Source of the DNA: Alphaproteobacteria bacterium
GTDB taxonomy: Bacteria; Pseudomonadota; Alphaproteobacteria; Rickettsiales; JABDBP01
Reading direction: 5' to 3'
DNA: 64,000 bases
Assembly (NCBI GenBank): GCA_013288565.1
Contig: JABDBP010000003.1
Location: 11,671-75,670, forward strand
Of this stretch, positions 34,801 to 44,915 are shown piece after piece. The first letter of the stretch is position 1, and each line of letters opens with the position of its first letter. The position numbers and the translations under genes were made by a program. The notes under the pieces were generated by a model. That model made no database searches. It was not told the origin of the DNA and saw only the letters and a list, made by a program, of their open reading frames with translations.

Positions 34801-35359
34801 CGGTTTTTTCCAATCTCTGCATGCCGTTACAGGTGAGCACATAACCACTGGTGATACTTTTTTGCAGATAAACCTTGAAAGTATCTCCAATCTCGATAGC
34901 GAAAAGACAATCTTTCGGCATGACTAATCCAGTTTCCACGATGGAAAATCCTTCCTCGTCACCGCTGATTTTTTTTATAACGTCAAACCTCACCATTGTG
35001 AACGGAACATTTTCAATGCCGTAAACCCGACCGATAAAGACCGTGGCAGCACTGCGTTTTGTACTGACATCTCCGGCATCGTCCAGAAATATTCTTAGCA
35101 GAAAAACCAGCGTGGGAAGAAGGACAAAAATCGTCAGCAGCACTGAGAAAGAGCGATAATAATCACGGTTTAAAAAATTCACCGGGGCCAGATCGCGCTC
35201 AAACGCGTTGCGCAGGAAAAAAACCGTGAGCGCCGCTGCTGCAAAAAATGCGAATGACCAATAAGCGGCAAGCGGAAATCCCAGCATCGGTGTTATATAA
35301 ACATGTGTCGCCAGCACGGTAAAAAAAGCAAAAATCGCAAGCGTGCCTATGATTTTCAT
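34784..35359 (-). CDS. Hypothetical membrane protein
   Basis: There are three hydrophobic segments in the N-terminal half. The gene lies between era and recO with overlapping junctions. I recognise no motif. Confidence 0.5.
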   Translation of the reverse strand: MKIIGTLAIFAFFTVLATHVYITPMLGFPLAAYWSFAFFAAAALTVFFLRNAFERDLAPVNFLNRDYYRSFSVLLTIFVLLPTLVFLLRIFLDDAGDVSTKRSAATVFIGRVYGIENVPFTMVRFDVIKKISGDEEGFSIVETGLVMPKDCLFAIEIGDTFKVYLQKSITSGYVLTCNGMQRLEKTDEMER

Positions 35360-36210
35360 ATATGGTTTTCCTGCACTTTCACGAATAAAAACAGGTTTAT
35401 TTTTTTACCGAAGAATTCTTCCAGTTCTTTGCGTGCTGTCATTCCGATTTCCTTGACCCCGGCTCCAGCACGCCCGACTATTATCTTTTTTTGGCTCTCG
35501 CGTTGGACGATTATCGTTTGATGGATAGTAATGCGTTTCTCATCTTCTTCCCATTTTTCGGTTTCTATCATAGAAAAATATGGTACTTCCTGATGGAATT
35601 TCAGGAATATTTTTTCCCGCGTGATTTCCTCGGCGATGGAGCGTGCGGGCGCGTCGGTGATTTCATCTTCGGCGTAAAGCCATGGTGCTGGCTTGGCATT
35701 TTCCAGCAGGTATTTCTTCAAATCATCAACGCCGGAGCCGGTTGTTGCCGAGATCATGAATGTTGCGGCGAAAGTGTGCGCCGCATTCAATTCCGCCACT
35801 AAAGGCAATAAAATTTTTGGCGAAATTTTATCGATTTTATTCACCGCCAGCATTGCGGGAATCTTTTCGCGGGCGATTTTTTTGCATAATTCGATGCCAT
35901 CCGCCGATTTTTTTTCTGCGTCGATCATGAGCAGAATCATATCGCTGCTTTGTATCCCGCCCCAGGAAGCGCGGGACATTTCCTTCTGCAATTTTTCCTG
36001 GCCGGATCCAAGACTCCCAGTGAGAATGCCCGGTGTATCAATGAAAATAAGCTGGGTATTTCCTTCCGTAATAATGCCGCGAATCTGAGTCCGCGTGGTT
36101 TGCGGTTTCGGGGAAATGATCGAGATTTTCACGCCGACCAGCAGGTTCACCAGAGTTGATTTGCCAGAATTCGGCAGCCCGGCGACAGCGACTATGGAGC
36201 ATTTTTTCAT
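35356..36210 (-). CDS. era: GTPase Era
   Basis: The GTPase motifs are G1 GLPNSGKST, DTPG and NKID. The C-terminal KH domain includes VGRAGAGVKEIG. Confidence 0.95.
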   Translation of the reverse strand: MKKCSIVAVAGLPNSGKSTLVNLLVGVKISIISPKPQTTRTQIRGIITEGNTQLIFIDTPGILTGSLGSGQEKLQKEMSRASWGGIQSSDMILLMIDAEKKSADGIELCKKIAREKIPAMLAVNKIDKISPKILLPLVAELNAAHTFAATFMISATTGSGVDDLKKYLLENAKPAPWLYAEDEITDAPARSIAEEITREKIFLKFHQEVPYFSMIETEKWEEDEKRITIHQTIIVQRESQKKIIVGRAGAGVKEIGMTARKELEEFFGKKINLFLFVKVQENHI

Positions 36211-36875
36211 CCCCGTAACTTCTTCAACATATTCTCTGCCGCGATATTTTCCGCGGCTTTGCGCGAGCTGGCGGTGCCAGTTGCTGACTTATGGCCCTCC
36301 ACCTTTACTTCAATAGTGAATTCCGGTTTGTGTGACGGGCCGGAAGTGCCGATTATATTATATTCTGGCAGGCCCTTACCCAGTTTCTGCATATATTCCT
36401 GGAGTTCGGATTTCGGGCTGGAAGGCGGCTCGATCATTTTTGCCAACTCCTCCGACCACAGATTTTCGACCAGGGTTTTCGCTGGGCTAAGCCCGCCATC
36501 AATGAAAATTGCGCCGAGTAGGGCCTCCATAGCGTTTTCCAGATTCGCCGGATTAGCTCGGCCGCCGATATTTTCCTCGCCATCCGCAAGATGTATATGT
36601 TTATCTAGGCCGATTTTTAACGCCGCTTGCGATACCGCCTCACGCCCGACTAACTGCGCCCGGCGCTTCGCGAGTTCTCCCTCCGCTTCGTTCGGGTAAC
36701 GGCGATAGAGCATTTCCGCGACAGAAAGCGAAAGCACCGAATCACCAAGAAATTCCAGCCGCTCATAATTCCGGCGTACCTTTCCCATGCGAGAGAGGCT
36801 GGGATGTGTCAGCGCTTCTTCCAGCAGCTCATGATTTTTGAAGTGATAGGAAATTTTTTCTTCCAGATCGCTCAT
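36207..36875 (-). CDS. rnc: Ribonuclease III
   Basis: The signature is ERLEFLGDSVL. The C-terminal dsRBD reads PKSELQEYMQKLG...KKAAENIAA. The likely start MSDLEEK at 36875 lies 4 nt after the lepB stop. Confidence 0.9.
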   Translation of the reverse strand: MSDLEEKISYHFKNHELLEEALTHPSLSRMGKVRRNYERLEFLGDSVLSLSVAEMLYRRYPNEAEGELAKRRAQLVGREAVSQAALKIGLDKHIHLADGEENIGGRANPANLENAMEALLGAIFIDGGLSPAKTLVENLWSEELAKMIEPPSSPKSELQEYMQKLGKGLPEYNIIGTSGPSHKPEFTIEVKVEGHKSATGTASSRKAAENIAAENMLKKLRG

Positions 36876-36879
36876 GGAA

Positions 36880-37665
36880 TCAATGCGTGACCTTGAAAAA
36901 CCGGTCGCTACGCAACAGATGTGGCCAGTTCCAGGGCTCAAAAATCGAATGGCGGGCGGAAAAGAAAATCAAATCGGCGCGACCGACGATATTTTCCTCC
37001 GGCACATAGCCGACCGCCGATAGCACCCGGCTATCCTGTGAATTATCGCGGTTATCGCCCATGAAGAAATAATGCTTAGGGGGGACTTTATAGATTCCGG
37101 TATTGTCGAGCGGGCCGTTCGGCAGCTCGTCCAACACCTCGTATTCAAGGCCTTCGGGCAATGTTTCGGTGCATTCGGTGATGTTCTTGCCGCCCTTTTC
37201 TTCGTCAATGAATTCCGAGTTGCAGTGCTTTTCCACCGCGCGGCCGTTGATGAACAATACGCCGTTTTTCATCTGGATTTCGTCTCCGGGCAGGCCGATC
37301 AGCCTTTTGATGAAATCCGGCCAGAACAGTTTTTCCCAGAAGCTGGCATTTTCATCGTACGGACGCCGGAAAACCACAATATCGCCGCGCTGCAAAGGTT
37401 TTTCAAAAATTCGGCCCTTAATCAAAGGAACGCCGAACGGCAGCGAATAGCGACTATAGCCCGCCGCAAATTTTGAAACGAAAATATAATCGCCGATCAA
37501 GAGGGTCGGCTTCATTGAACCGGAGGGAATGTGGAACGGCGACCAGGCGAAAGTGCGGAAAACAATTGGCAGGATGATACAAAAAACAACCAGAAACGCC
37601 CAGGTTTCATGGAACCTGGCTTTTTTCTTCCGTCCATTCATGGCCGCGGTATTGGATTCCGTCAT
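36880..37665 (-). CDS. lepB: Signal peptidase I
   Basis: The motifs are SGSMKPTL (catalytic Ser), the Lys box RLIGLPGD, and GDNRDNSQDSR. Confidence 0.95.
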   Translation of the reverse strand: MTESNTAAMNGRKKKARFHETWAFLVVFCIILPIVFRTFAWSPFHIPSGSMKPTLLIGDYIFVSKFAAGYSRYSLPFGVPLIKGRIFEKPLQRGDIVVFRRPYDENASFWEKLFWPDFIKRLIGLPGDEIQMKNGVLFINGRAVEKHCNSEFIDEEKGGKNITECTETLPEGLEYEVLDELPNGPLDNTGIYKVPPKHYFFMGDNRDNSQDSRVLSAVGYVPEENIVGRADLIFFSARHSIFEPWNWPHLLRSDRFFKVTH

Positions 37666-37881
37666 CTTAAAATACCTGAATATATTATGAAACTCTTTGT
37701 AAAAATACTAAGGCAAGAAACATAACAGCTTGATGGAAAATTACAAAGAAAATCACCGGGTAGGGGCGCACGAATTTAAAGCTGTTGCAAATCTTTCCTT
37801 TGCCGCCTAGAAGGTGAGGCTGGAAGCTGGAAGTTGGAAACTGCACTTACATAACATTTCCAGCTTACATTTTCCAAAAGC

Positions 37882-37974
37882 GGAGGGGTGGCCGAGTGGC
37901 TGAAGGCGGCGGTTTGCTAAACCGTTATACGGGGTAAACCCGTATCGTGAGTTCGAATCTCATCTCCTCCGCCA
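37882..37974 (+). tRNA. tRNA-Ser (GCT)
   Basis: The anticodon loop is TTGCTAA. There is a long variable arm (atacggggtaaacccgtat), T-loop TTCGAAT, and encoded CCA. Confidence 0.9.
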
Positions 37975-38360
37975 GCTATATTAAGGGCGGATATTGTCTG
38001 GCCTTAATATGGCTGATGAAGGGCTGGGATAAGAACGGGTGAGTTCGACAAAGAGTTCTCCTAATTTTTTGTCGAACTTACCCCATGTGCCAACCTGTGA
38101 TGAGTTAAGTATGAAGCGACTTGCCGTGCCAGCGTACTTGCTCAATATGAGCAACGCAGTCTTTTTAAGTTGGAAATTCTGGTAGATTTGTATAATGTTC
38201 GTGGGCTAGTTATCCTTGTTAGGTTATTCATCTAACCAACAGCATAATGGGCCTTTTTGCCTGATGTTAAGAGATTAAAGCTATGACGTTCCGTTTCTAA
38301 ACATGTCTACGCATAGTCATGTGACAAAAGGTTTTTTTAATGCGTTTCAAGCTGATATAA

Positions 38361-40634
38361 ATGGACAAAAACCTAACAGATAATTCCAACTTTGAGCACG
38401 GACAAGTCAGCCAGGTGAGCTTGGCCGATATTGAAAAAGAGGCAATTGCCAAGCAGAAGACTAGGCTTGGTGAATACGATCATCTTGCCAATCAGAAATA
38501 TCAAGACTTAGCCGATCTCATAAAGGAAGCTCACAGCAAGCACAAATATGTCAAGGCTGAGCAGGAAAAACTAAGTAAGGAAGGTAAGCGCGATCTTGAT
38601 CGGCTAATCGAAGAAGCAAGGGCAAGACAAGAAGCTGCTCGCAAAGAGCAGATGTTGGAGCTTGAGGAGAAGCGTAAAGAGATTTCCTTGCTGCAAAGGG
38701 AGTCCGAGCAGAGATTTAAAGATCTGCCGAATGCGGAAAAAATCAGACGGCGTCATGAACTCAGTACCCTAATGGGCAAGGCGCATGTTAAATATCAGGA
38801 TCTTGAATCAAAGCAGCAGCAGAACGCCAAGGAAGAGCAAAAGGATTTATCAAGGTTAGTAAGACAAATCGAAGACGAAAGACAAGCTCTGCAAAAAGCT
38901 CAGCTTGAGAGATTGAAAAATTTTCTTGCCGAAACTGTCACCATGGCTTCAGATGAGAAAGATAAGATTAAGCGGCAGTTCCAGGATTTAGCAAAACAAG
39001 AAATGGGGGAGCTGGACAAGGTTTTGCAGGAAGTTCGTCAGAGGCATAAGGATATGCATTTGGATTTCACAGCGAAAATGGAAGAAAATAAAAAATACGT
39101 GAAGGAACAAATTGAGCTAAGCAAGAGCTTGATAAAAGAAGGTAAGATTGCCGAAGCGCAGAAGCTCCGGGCGGATGCCCAGAACCGGGTTTATGAACTG
39201 CAAAGTAATATTCAAAGAACGCAATATAAATTTGCCGGTGATGCGAGGATTGAGATCATAGAATTCGAACAAGCGGTTGGCGAGAATGTTGGTAAGCTTC
39301 AGAAGCAACACAGTGAATCAATCGAGCAGCTTAGAATCAATATGGATGGGGAAGCGAAAAGGCAGCTTAACACTATTGTTCATGAATTAACCGAATACAC
39401 CAAAACCAGCATTACTACCTTTGAAGATACTATGTTCAATAAGCACCATGATATGCAGCTTGAACAGCTTAAAGCTATCAAACTCATAAAAGTAAAAATA
39501 GAAAATCAGGCGAATGACAATCAGCGTCGCCAGCGCGAAGAGCAATTAGCACTGGTTAATCACACCAGAGAGCTAATTAATGAATTGGAGGAGAGATCAA
39601 AATATAGCCGGAAATTAATAGAGAAAGATCAGCAAGTGATGTTAACCGCCGCCAAAACTAGCGTAATAGAAATGGATAGTAAGGGCCGGTCATTCCAAAA
39701 GGAATTATATAAGGAGCAGCAAAACCTAATAGATCAAGGTTATCACGAAACGCTTTTGCTCATACAGCAGGTAAGAGAGCAGAGAAAGAAAGAACAGGCG
39801 GAGTTAGATAAAAAATTAAGCGAAGAAAGGTTCAGTATCGGCAGAGAAGCAACAGTTTTACAAAAACGCACCGAACAAGAAAGGCGCGAAGCTTTACAGA
39901 CACATCAAAAGAAGATGGTTGATGCTGGTAAAGAAATTCAGAGGAGGTTGCAAAACCTCCAAAAAGAAAGGCATGAGCTTGCCACATTGGAATTGGATAA
40001 AACTGTTGACCTGATTCAGAAAGTTAAAATCCGGCATGAGGAACTGGAGAATACTTGCCTAAAAACCATTCAGGATGAGCAAAAAAAATATAATGAAATA
40101 TTACAACAAATTCAGATAAGGCAGAAATCGGTATTGGAAGGACAGGAGAAACTAGAAGAAATTATCCAGGAAGCAAAAGATAATCAAACTAAAATTGATA
40201 AAGGTTTGCTGGGCGAAGGCGCCAAGGAATCACAGCAGCAGTTGATGATGTTGATTGAGAGGGCGCAATTAAAGCAGCAGGAAATCCAGCAGGAAGACAA
40301 AGCAACTGCTAAGAAAGCGCAGGAAGATATGGAAAGAAAAATCAAAGAAGCGCAGCAGAGGCTTAGGCAGGAGCAGAAGAATCTGCATGAAACTTATGAG
40401 AATGTTTTATCTGAGCTTGAGAAAGAAGTGGAAAGAAAAGATCAAGACTTAAAATCTGTGCAGCAAACGCTGATGAAGCAGCAGGAAAATGATATGGGCA
40501 GCCTTATATTGGAGGCGGAATCTACACAGAAATTATTTAGGGAGGAGCAGAAAAAAATTATAGAGCAGACGCAAAAAAAGCTTAGAGATCTTGAGGAACA
40601 AGCTCTTAATAAGAGATTTGCTTTCCAATCTTAA
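38361..40634 (+). CDS. Large Glu/Lys/Gln-rich coiled-coil protein
   Basis: The 757-aa protein is almost entirely heptad-like charged sequence, with no signal peptide and no enzymatic motif. The locus between two tRNA genes is AT-rich. Confidence 0.6.
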   Translation: MDKNLTDNSNFEHGQVSQVSLADIEKEAIAKQKTRLGEYDHLANQKYQDLADLIKEAHSKHKYVKAEQEKLSKEGKRDLDRLIEEARARQEAARKEQMLELEEKRKEISLLQRESEQRFKDLPNAEKIRRRHELSTLMGKAHVKYQDLESKQQQNAKEEQKDLSRLVRQIEDERQALQKAQLERLKNFLAETVTMASDEKDKIKRQFQDLAKQEMGELDKVLQEVRQRHKDMHLDFTAKMEENKKYVKEQIELSKSLIKEGKIAEAQKLRADAQNRVYELQSNIQRTQYKFAGDARIEIIEFEQAVGENVGKLQKQHSESIEQLRINMDGEAKRQLNTIVHELTEYTKTSITTFEDTMFNKHHDMQLEQLKAIKLIKVKIENQANDNQRRQREEQLALVNHTRELINELEERSKYSRKLIEKDQQVMLTAAKTSVIEMDSKGRSFQKELYKEQQNLIDQGYHETLLLIQQVREQRKKEQAELDKKLSEERFSIGREATVLQKRTEQERREALQTHQKKMVDAGKEIQRRLQNLQKERHELATLELDKTVDLIQKVKIRHEELENTCLKTIQDEQKKYNEILQQIQIRQKSVLEGQEKLEEIIQEAKDNQTKIDKGLLGEGAKESQQQLMMLIERAQLKQQEIQQEDKATAKKAQEDMERKIKEAQQRLRQEQKNLHETYENVLSELEKEVERKDQDLKSVQQTLMKQQENDMGSLILEAESTQKLFREEQKKIIEQTQKKLRDLEEQALNKRFAFQS

Positions 40635-40771
40635 GGTATCCAGCGCTAAAATCTCTCTTCAGCATTTTAACAATTTAAGTTAGATGACGGTCAGTCTATT
40701 CAGAATGGAGCAAAAATTTTATTGGCATGGTTCAGGCTTTTTTTGTACATTGCCCTGTCATTGACAAAAGC

Positions 40772-40846
40772 GGCTCGGTAGCTCAGCGGTAGAGCAGGGG
40801 AATCATAATCCCTTGGTCGGGGGTTCAAATCCCTCTCGAGCCACCA
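40772..40846 (+). tRNA. tRNA with CAT anticodon (elongator Met, or Ile2 if lysidinylated)
   Basis: The acceptor is GGCTCGG/TCGAGCC with a paired G1-C72, so this is not an initiator tRNA. The anticodon loop is ATCATAA. CCA is encoded. Confidence 0.85.
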
Positions 40847-41171
40847 CATTTTATCCTTATATGCCAATATGTTAGATGGTATCGCTGAGTGGCGGGGAAC
40901 CGGCCTATAATTTTACGTGGGGGGAGCGGAGGTATATTCTCCGATCTCTTCTACGAGGCCTTTTAGGGCTTTCTCTCTATCTGCCATTTTGGCGGTCACG
41001 TTAGGTATTAGGAAAAGTTTAGAATTTGCCTCTGTTCTGCCCAATTGAGTGGAAGGTCAGAGCGCTTTAGCAACATTTTACCTTATATATCGTTTACGGC
41101 ATTTTCAAGTTGACTATACTATCGTTTGGCATACAGAACATAATTATTTGAAGTAGAGGCAGAGATTAGTT

Positions 41172-42278
41172 ATGGCGCAAAAAGCACTTAATCTAGCATT
41201 ACAGGGTGGCGGATCGCATGGTGCCTACACCTGGGGTATTCTCGATCGCTTACTGGAAGAAAGAGATATAGATATCCATGGTGTCAGCGGCACCAGCGCT
41301 GGTGCGATGAATGCCGTAGTGATGTCAGCTGGCTTTCGTGAGGGTGGGCGGGAAACCGCAAAGGAAAAGCTTCATGATTTCTGGCAAAATGTTAGCCAAA
41401 CGGGGGCGTTTATGAATGCCAGTAACCAAAGCGAGGTAGAGCGCATCGCCGAAGGTTGGAATATTGACAAATCTTTTGGCTATCTATGGTTCGACACGCT
41501 GACACGCATGTTATCTCCTTACCAACTCAATCCCTTCAACGTCAATCCCATGCGCGATATACTTAGAAAAGTCATTGACTGGGAGCGCGTTAATAAGGGG
41601 GGCGATATCCCCTTATTTATCACCGCCACGTCGGTTACTACCAGTCGCCCGCGCGTGTTTCGCTGTCATGAAGTGACCGAAGATGTATTGCTTGCATCTT
41701 CCTGCGTACCGTTTCTTTTCCAATCGGTGGAAATTGACGGCGAGCCTTATTGGGACGGCGGCTATATGGGTAATCCCAGCATCTGGCCGTTGATTTATAA
41801 TACTGGTACCAAGGATGTGTTGTTGGTACAGATTAATCCTTTGGTTCGGCTGGGCACTCCCAAAACTGCGCAAGACATTATTAACCGCATGAACGAGATA
41901 ACCTTTAATTCAAGCTTGATTGCGGAGATGCGTGCCATCAATTTCGTCGGCGATCTTGTGGAAAGCAAGCAACTGGATGACGCGCACTATAAAAAAATGC
42001 ACATGCATATGATTGCAGCGCCTGACGCATCCCATGGTCTAAATGCCTCCAGTAAAGTAAATACTGATTGGCGTTTCCTTAAATTTCTCCGCGGCATAGG
42101 GCGTGAAAATGCGGATCAGTGGATAGCCAAGTATAAAACCGATATAGGCCGTAAAGGTTCCATAGATATTGCCGAAGTATTCCTTGGTATCCAAAAGCAT
42201 CAAAAATCGGCGACGGTACATAATCTGAACAAAAATGATATCCGTCAAAAGACAAAGCGACGGGCAAAATCGGCATGA
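41172..42278 (+). CDS. Patatin-like phospholipase
   Basis: The oxyanion motif is GGGSHGAYTWG. The nucleophile elbow is GTSAGA (GxSxG). The catalytic Asp context is YWDGGYMGN. Confidence 0.85.
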   Translation: MAQKALNLALQGGGSHGAYTWGILDRLLEERDIDIHGVSGTSAGAMNAVVMSAGFREGGRETAKEKLHDFWQNVSQTGAFMNASNQSEVERIAEGWNIDKSFGYLWFDTLTRMLSPYQLNPFNVNPMRDILRKVIDWERVNKGGDIPLFITATSVTTSRPRVFRCHEVTEDVLLASSCVPFLFQSVEIDGEPYWDGGYMGNPSIWPLIYNTGTKDVLLVQINPLVRLGTPKTAQDIINRMNEITFNSSLIAEMRAINFVGDLVESKQLDDAHYKKMHMHMIAAPDASHGLNASSKVNTDWRFLKFLRGIGRENADQWIAKYKTDIGRKGSIDIAEVFLGIQKHQKSATVHNLNKNDIRQKTKRRAKSA

Positions 42279-42279
42279 A

Positions 42280-43410
42280 ATGAAGCCTATCCTAGCAAGC
42301 GTCAGTTTTCCGTCGGAAAGAGAAGTGGTTATAGAGCTGCACAATCACTGGACGGTGCATGAAGTTGAGGATATCAGCCAGTTGCTTAGGAACATTGGCC
42401 TGAAGGACATTAGTCGGATCACCATCGACGGCAGTGATCTTCAGGCAGTTGACCTCTCCGCCGCATGGACAATGATCGAGTTCGTCCGGCGCCTGTCCTT
42501 GCGCAATGTTGAAATAATCAAGCGCGGATGTAACGAAGAGCATCTGGGAATATTCAATATCGTCAGAAGTGTCGAGAGTATGCCTTTCGAACGCAAACTA
42601 TATTTCGGCAGCGTGAAAGACATGTTCGTTCATATCGGAAGATCAAGCCTTCTGGCTGTTAAAAGTTTGCTTGATTTACAGACATTCTTCGGTCAATTCT
42701 GCATCACGTTACTGGATACGATTAAAAACCCCACCCGTCTACGCTTTCGCAGCGTCGTCTATCATATCAATGAGATTGGACTACGGGCGATACCGATCGT
42801 ATCGCTGCTCGCGTTTCTCATCAGCATCGTGCTGGGTTATCAGGGGGCGCAGCAACTCAAACGCTTCGGCGCTGATATCTTTACTATTAATCTGGTGTCG
42901 ATTTCCCTGCTCAGAGAAATGGCGGTAATCGTAACCTCCATTATCGTAGCAGGCCGTTCAGGTAGTGCATTTGCGGCTAAAATCGGCGTCATGAAAATCA
43001 ACCAGGAAATCGATGCACTACATACTTTCGGTCTCGATCCGTTCGACCTGCTGATTATGCCACGGATTCTGGCTATCCTGATTGCACTGCCCGCTCTCAC
43101 GTTGATCGCTGATTTCGTCGGGCTGTTCGGTACCATGTTCATCAGCAGCCAGATGCTGCACGTATCGACCGCCGAATTCCTAAGCCGCCTACATGAAGCG
43201 GTAGACATCAGCACCTTTGTCGTAGGTCTTGTTAAAGCACCCTTCTTTGCCCTGCTGATTGGCATGACCGGTTGCCTGCAGGGGCTTGAAGTCAAAAGTT
43301 CATCCGAGGAAGTTGGTATGCGCACCACTGCGGCAGTTGTACAATCCATCTTCCTCATAATACTTGCCGATGCGGCATTCTCGGTACTATTCACATGGAT
43401 GGGAGTATGA
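42280..43410 (+). CDS. MlaE-family ABC permease with N-terminal STAS (MlaB-like) domain
   Basis: The first ~110 aa resemble a STAS fold (VVIELHNHWTVHEV...ITIDGSDLQAVDLSAAWTMIEFVRRL). The C-terminal part has MlaE-type helices (GRSGSAFAAKIGVMKINQEIDAL). The track ORF starts at 42235, and the ATG at 42280 follows the patatin stop. Confidence 0.75.
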   Translation: MKPILASVSFPSEREVVIELHNHWTVHEVEDISQLLRNIGLKDISRITIDGSDLQAVDLSAAWTMIEFVRRLSLRNVEIIKRGCNEEHLGIFNIVRSVESMPFERKLYFGSVKDMFVHIGRSSLLAVKSLLDLQTFFGQFCITLLDTIKNPTRLRFRSVVYHINEIGLRAIPIVSLLAFLISIVLGYQGAQQLKRFGADIFTINLVSISLLREMAVIVTSIIVAGRSGSAFAAKIGVMKINQEIDALHTFGLDPFDLLIMPRILAILIALPALTLIADFVGLFGTMFISSQMLHVSTAEFLSRLHEAVDISTFVVGLVKAPFFALLIGMTGCLQGLEVKSSSEEVGMRTTAAVVQSIFLIILADAAFSVLFTWMGV

Positions 43411-44168
43411 ACCTGCCTGTCATTGAGGTGCGCGGTCTTGTCAATACGTTCGGCAACCAGATAGTGCATGACGGTCTCGATTTCTCAGTGAACAAAGGCG
43501 AGATCATGGGCGTTGTTGGAGGTTCAGGCACTGGAAAGTCCGTCCTGTTGCGCTCCATCATCGGCCTGCAGCGGCCTAAGGCAGGCGCGGTGCTTGTGGA
43601 AGGCCATGACATCACCCACATAAGGGATTGGGAATTGCTGGAGGTGCAGAAGCTCTGGGGTGTGCTGTTTCAAAGCGGTGCGCTGTTTTCCTCGCTGACC
43701 GTGCGGCAGAACGTTGCTCTGCCTCTGCAGGAATGCATAGGCGTATCACACCGGCTGGCGGACGAGCTGGCGCGGGTAAAAATTAATCTGGTAGGGCTGC
43801 CGTTGGACGCCTGCAACAAATATCCGGGCGAGCTGTCGGGTGGTATGGTTAAGCGTGCAGGCCTAGCACGCGCCCTGGCTCTTGATCCCAAGGTACTGTT
43901 TCTCGACGAGCCTACGGCAGGCCTAGACCCGATTTCGGCCGATGCGTTCGATAAACTCATCCACGAGCTTTCGCTCAGTCTTGGCCTTGCAATAGTCATG
44001 ATCACGCACGATCTGAATAGTTTATATTCCATTTGCGACCGCATTGCCGTACTTGTTGACAAAAAGATACGCATTGGCACGCTAGAAGACCATCTGCACG
44101 ACAATCACCCATGGATACGTGAATATTTCCATGGTGCGCGTTCCAACGCGTTGCTGGGAAAAGGGTAA
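43395..44168 (+). CDS. ABC transporter ATP-binding protein (MlaF-like)
   Basis: The motifs are Walker A GGSGTGKS, signature LSGGMVKR, and Walker B LFLDEPTAGLD. Confidence 0.9.
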   Translation: MDGSMNLPVIEVRGLVNTFGNQIVHDGLDFSVNKGEIMGVVGGSGTGKSVLLRSIIGLQRPKAGAVLVEGHDITHIRDWELLEVQKLWGVLFQSGALFSSLTVRQNVALPLQECIGVSHRLADELARVKINLVGLPLDACNKYPGELSGGMVKRAGLARALALDPKVLFLDEPTAGLDPISADAFDKLIHELSLSLGLAIVMITHDLNSLYSICDRIAVLVDKKIRIGTLEDHLHDNHPWIREYFHGARSNALLGKG

Positions 44169-44174
44169 GGAACT

Positions 44175-44915
44175 ATGGAACAGGACAATTATTATTTAAG
44201 GGTCGGCTTATTCGTCACAGCCATAATCACACTCAGTGTTCTCTCCATCAGCTGGTTTTCGATCAACCAGCACAAAGTGCCTTATACAACCTATTCCATT
44301 TATTTCAGCGACTCGGTGGATGGTCTAAGCCTGGGATCGCCGGTCAAACTCAAGGGCATCACGGTGGGTAATGTCAAGGATATCTCTTTTTTTCCGGACA
44401 AAGATCTGGTCAAGGTACTTGTAAACGTGATGGAGCATGCACCAATCCGCAATGATACACAGGCCACCATGCAGATGGCGGGCATTACTGGAACATCATT
44501 TATTGCACTCAGCAATACCGGTGGCGATCCATCTCCTAAAACATCTACAAACGGTGAGGATTACCCGGTTATTCCTTCTACGCCTTCGTCGCTGGATAAA
44601 GTCTTCGCAACGATCCCGGAATTGCTAGAGGAACTCAAGAAACTAAGCATAAGGGGAGAAATATTGCTCAGTGATGATAATATTGCGGAGGTGAACCGGA
44701 CACTAAAATCTATCGATGACTCTGCCAAAACAATACAATCCTTGGTGGGTGGACCAGGCACACAATCAGCGGCAAGTGCTGTGCAGGAACTTAATGAAAC
44801 ACTTGCCGAAGCAAAACTAACCATGCGCGAAATTCATATGCTTGCCCGGACAATACGTGAAGACCCGTCCATTATCATTCGCGGCACCGGCCATGAAGGA
44901 AAGGCTGTCCCATGA
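44175..44915 (+). CDS. MCE/MlaD-family substrate-binding protein
   Basis: An N-terminal TM anchor is followed by the MCE core GLSLGSPVKLKGITVGNVKDI. Confidence 0.8.
   Translation: MEQDNYYLRVGLFVTAIITLSVLSISWFSINQHKVPYTTYSIYFSDSVDGLSLGSPVKLKGITVGNVKDISFFPDKDLVKVLVNVMEHAPIRNDTQATMQMAGITGTSFIALSNTGGDPSPKTSTNGEDYPVIPSTPSSLDKVFATIPELLEELKKLSIRGEILLSDDNIAEVNRTLKSIDDSAKTIQSLVGGPGTQSAASAVQELNETLAEAKLTMREIHMLARTIREDPSIIIRGTGHEGKAVP

Noticed and set aside
40772-40846. Calling the CAT-anticodon tRNA an initiator tRNA-fMet.
   Set aside because: Positions 1 and 72 are paired (G-C), unlike bacterial initiators. I cannot distinguish elongator Met from Ile2 by eye, so it is reported only as a CAT tRNA.
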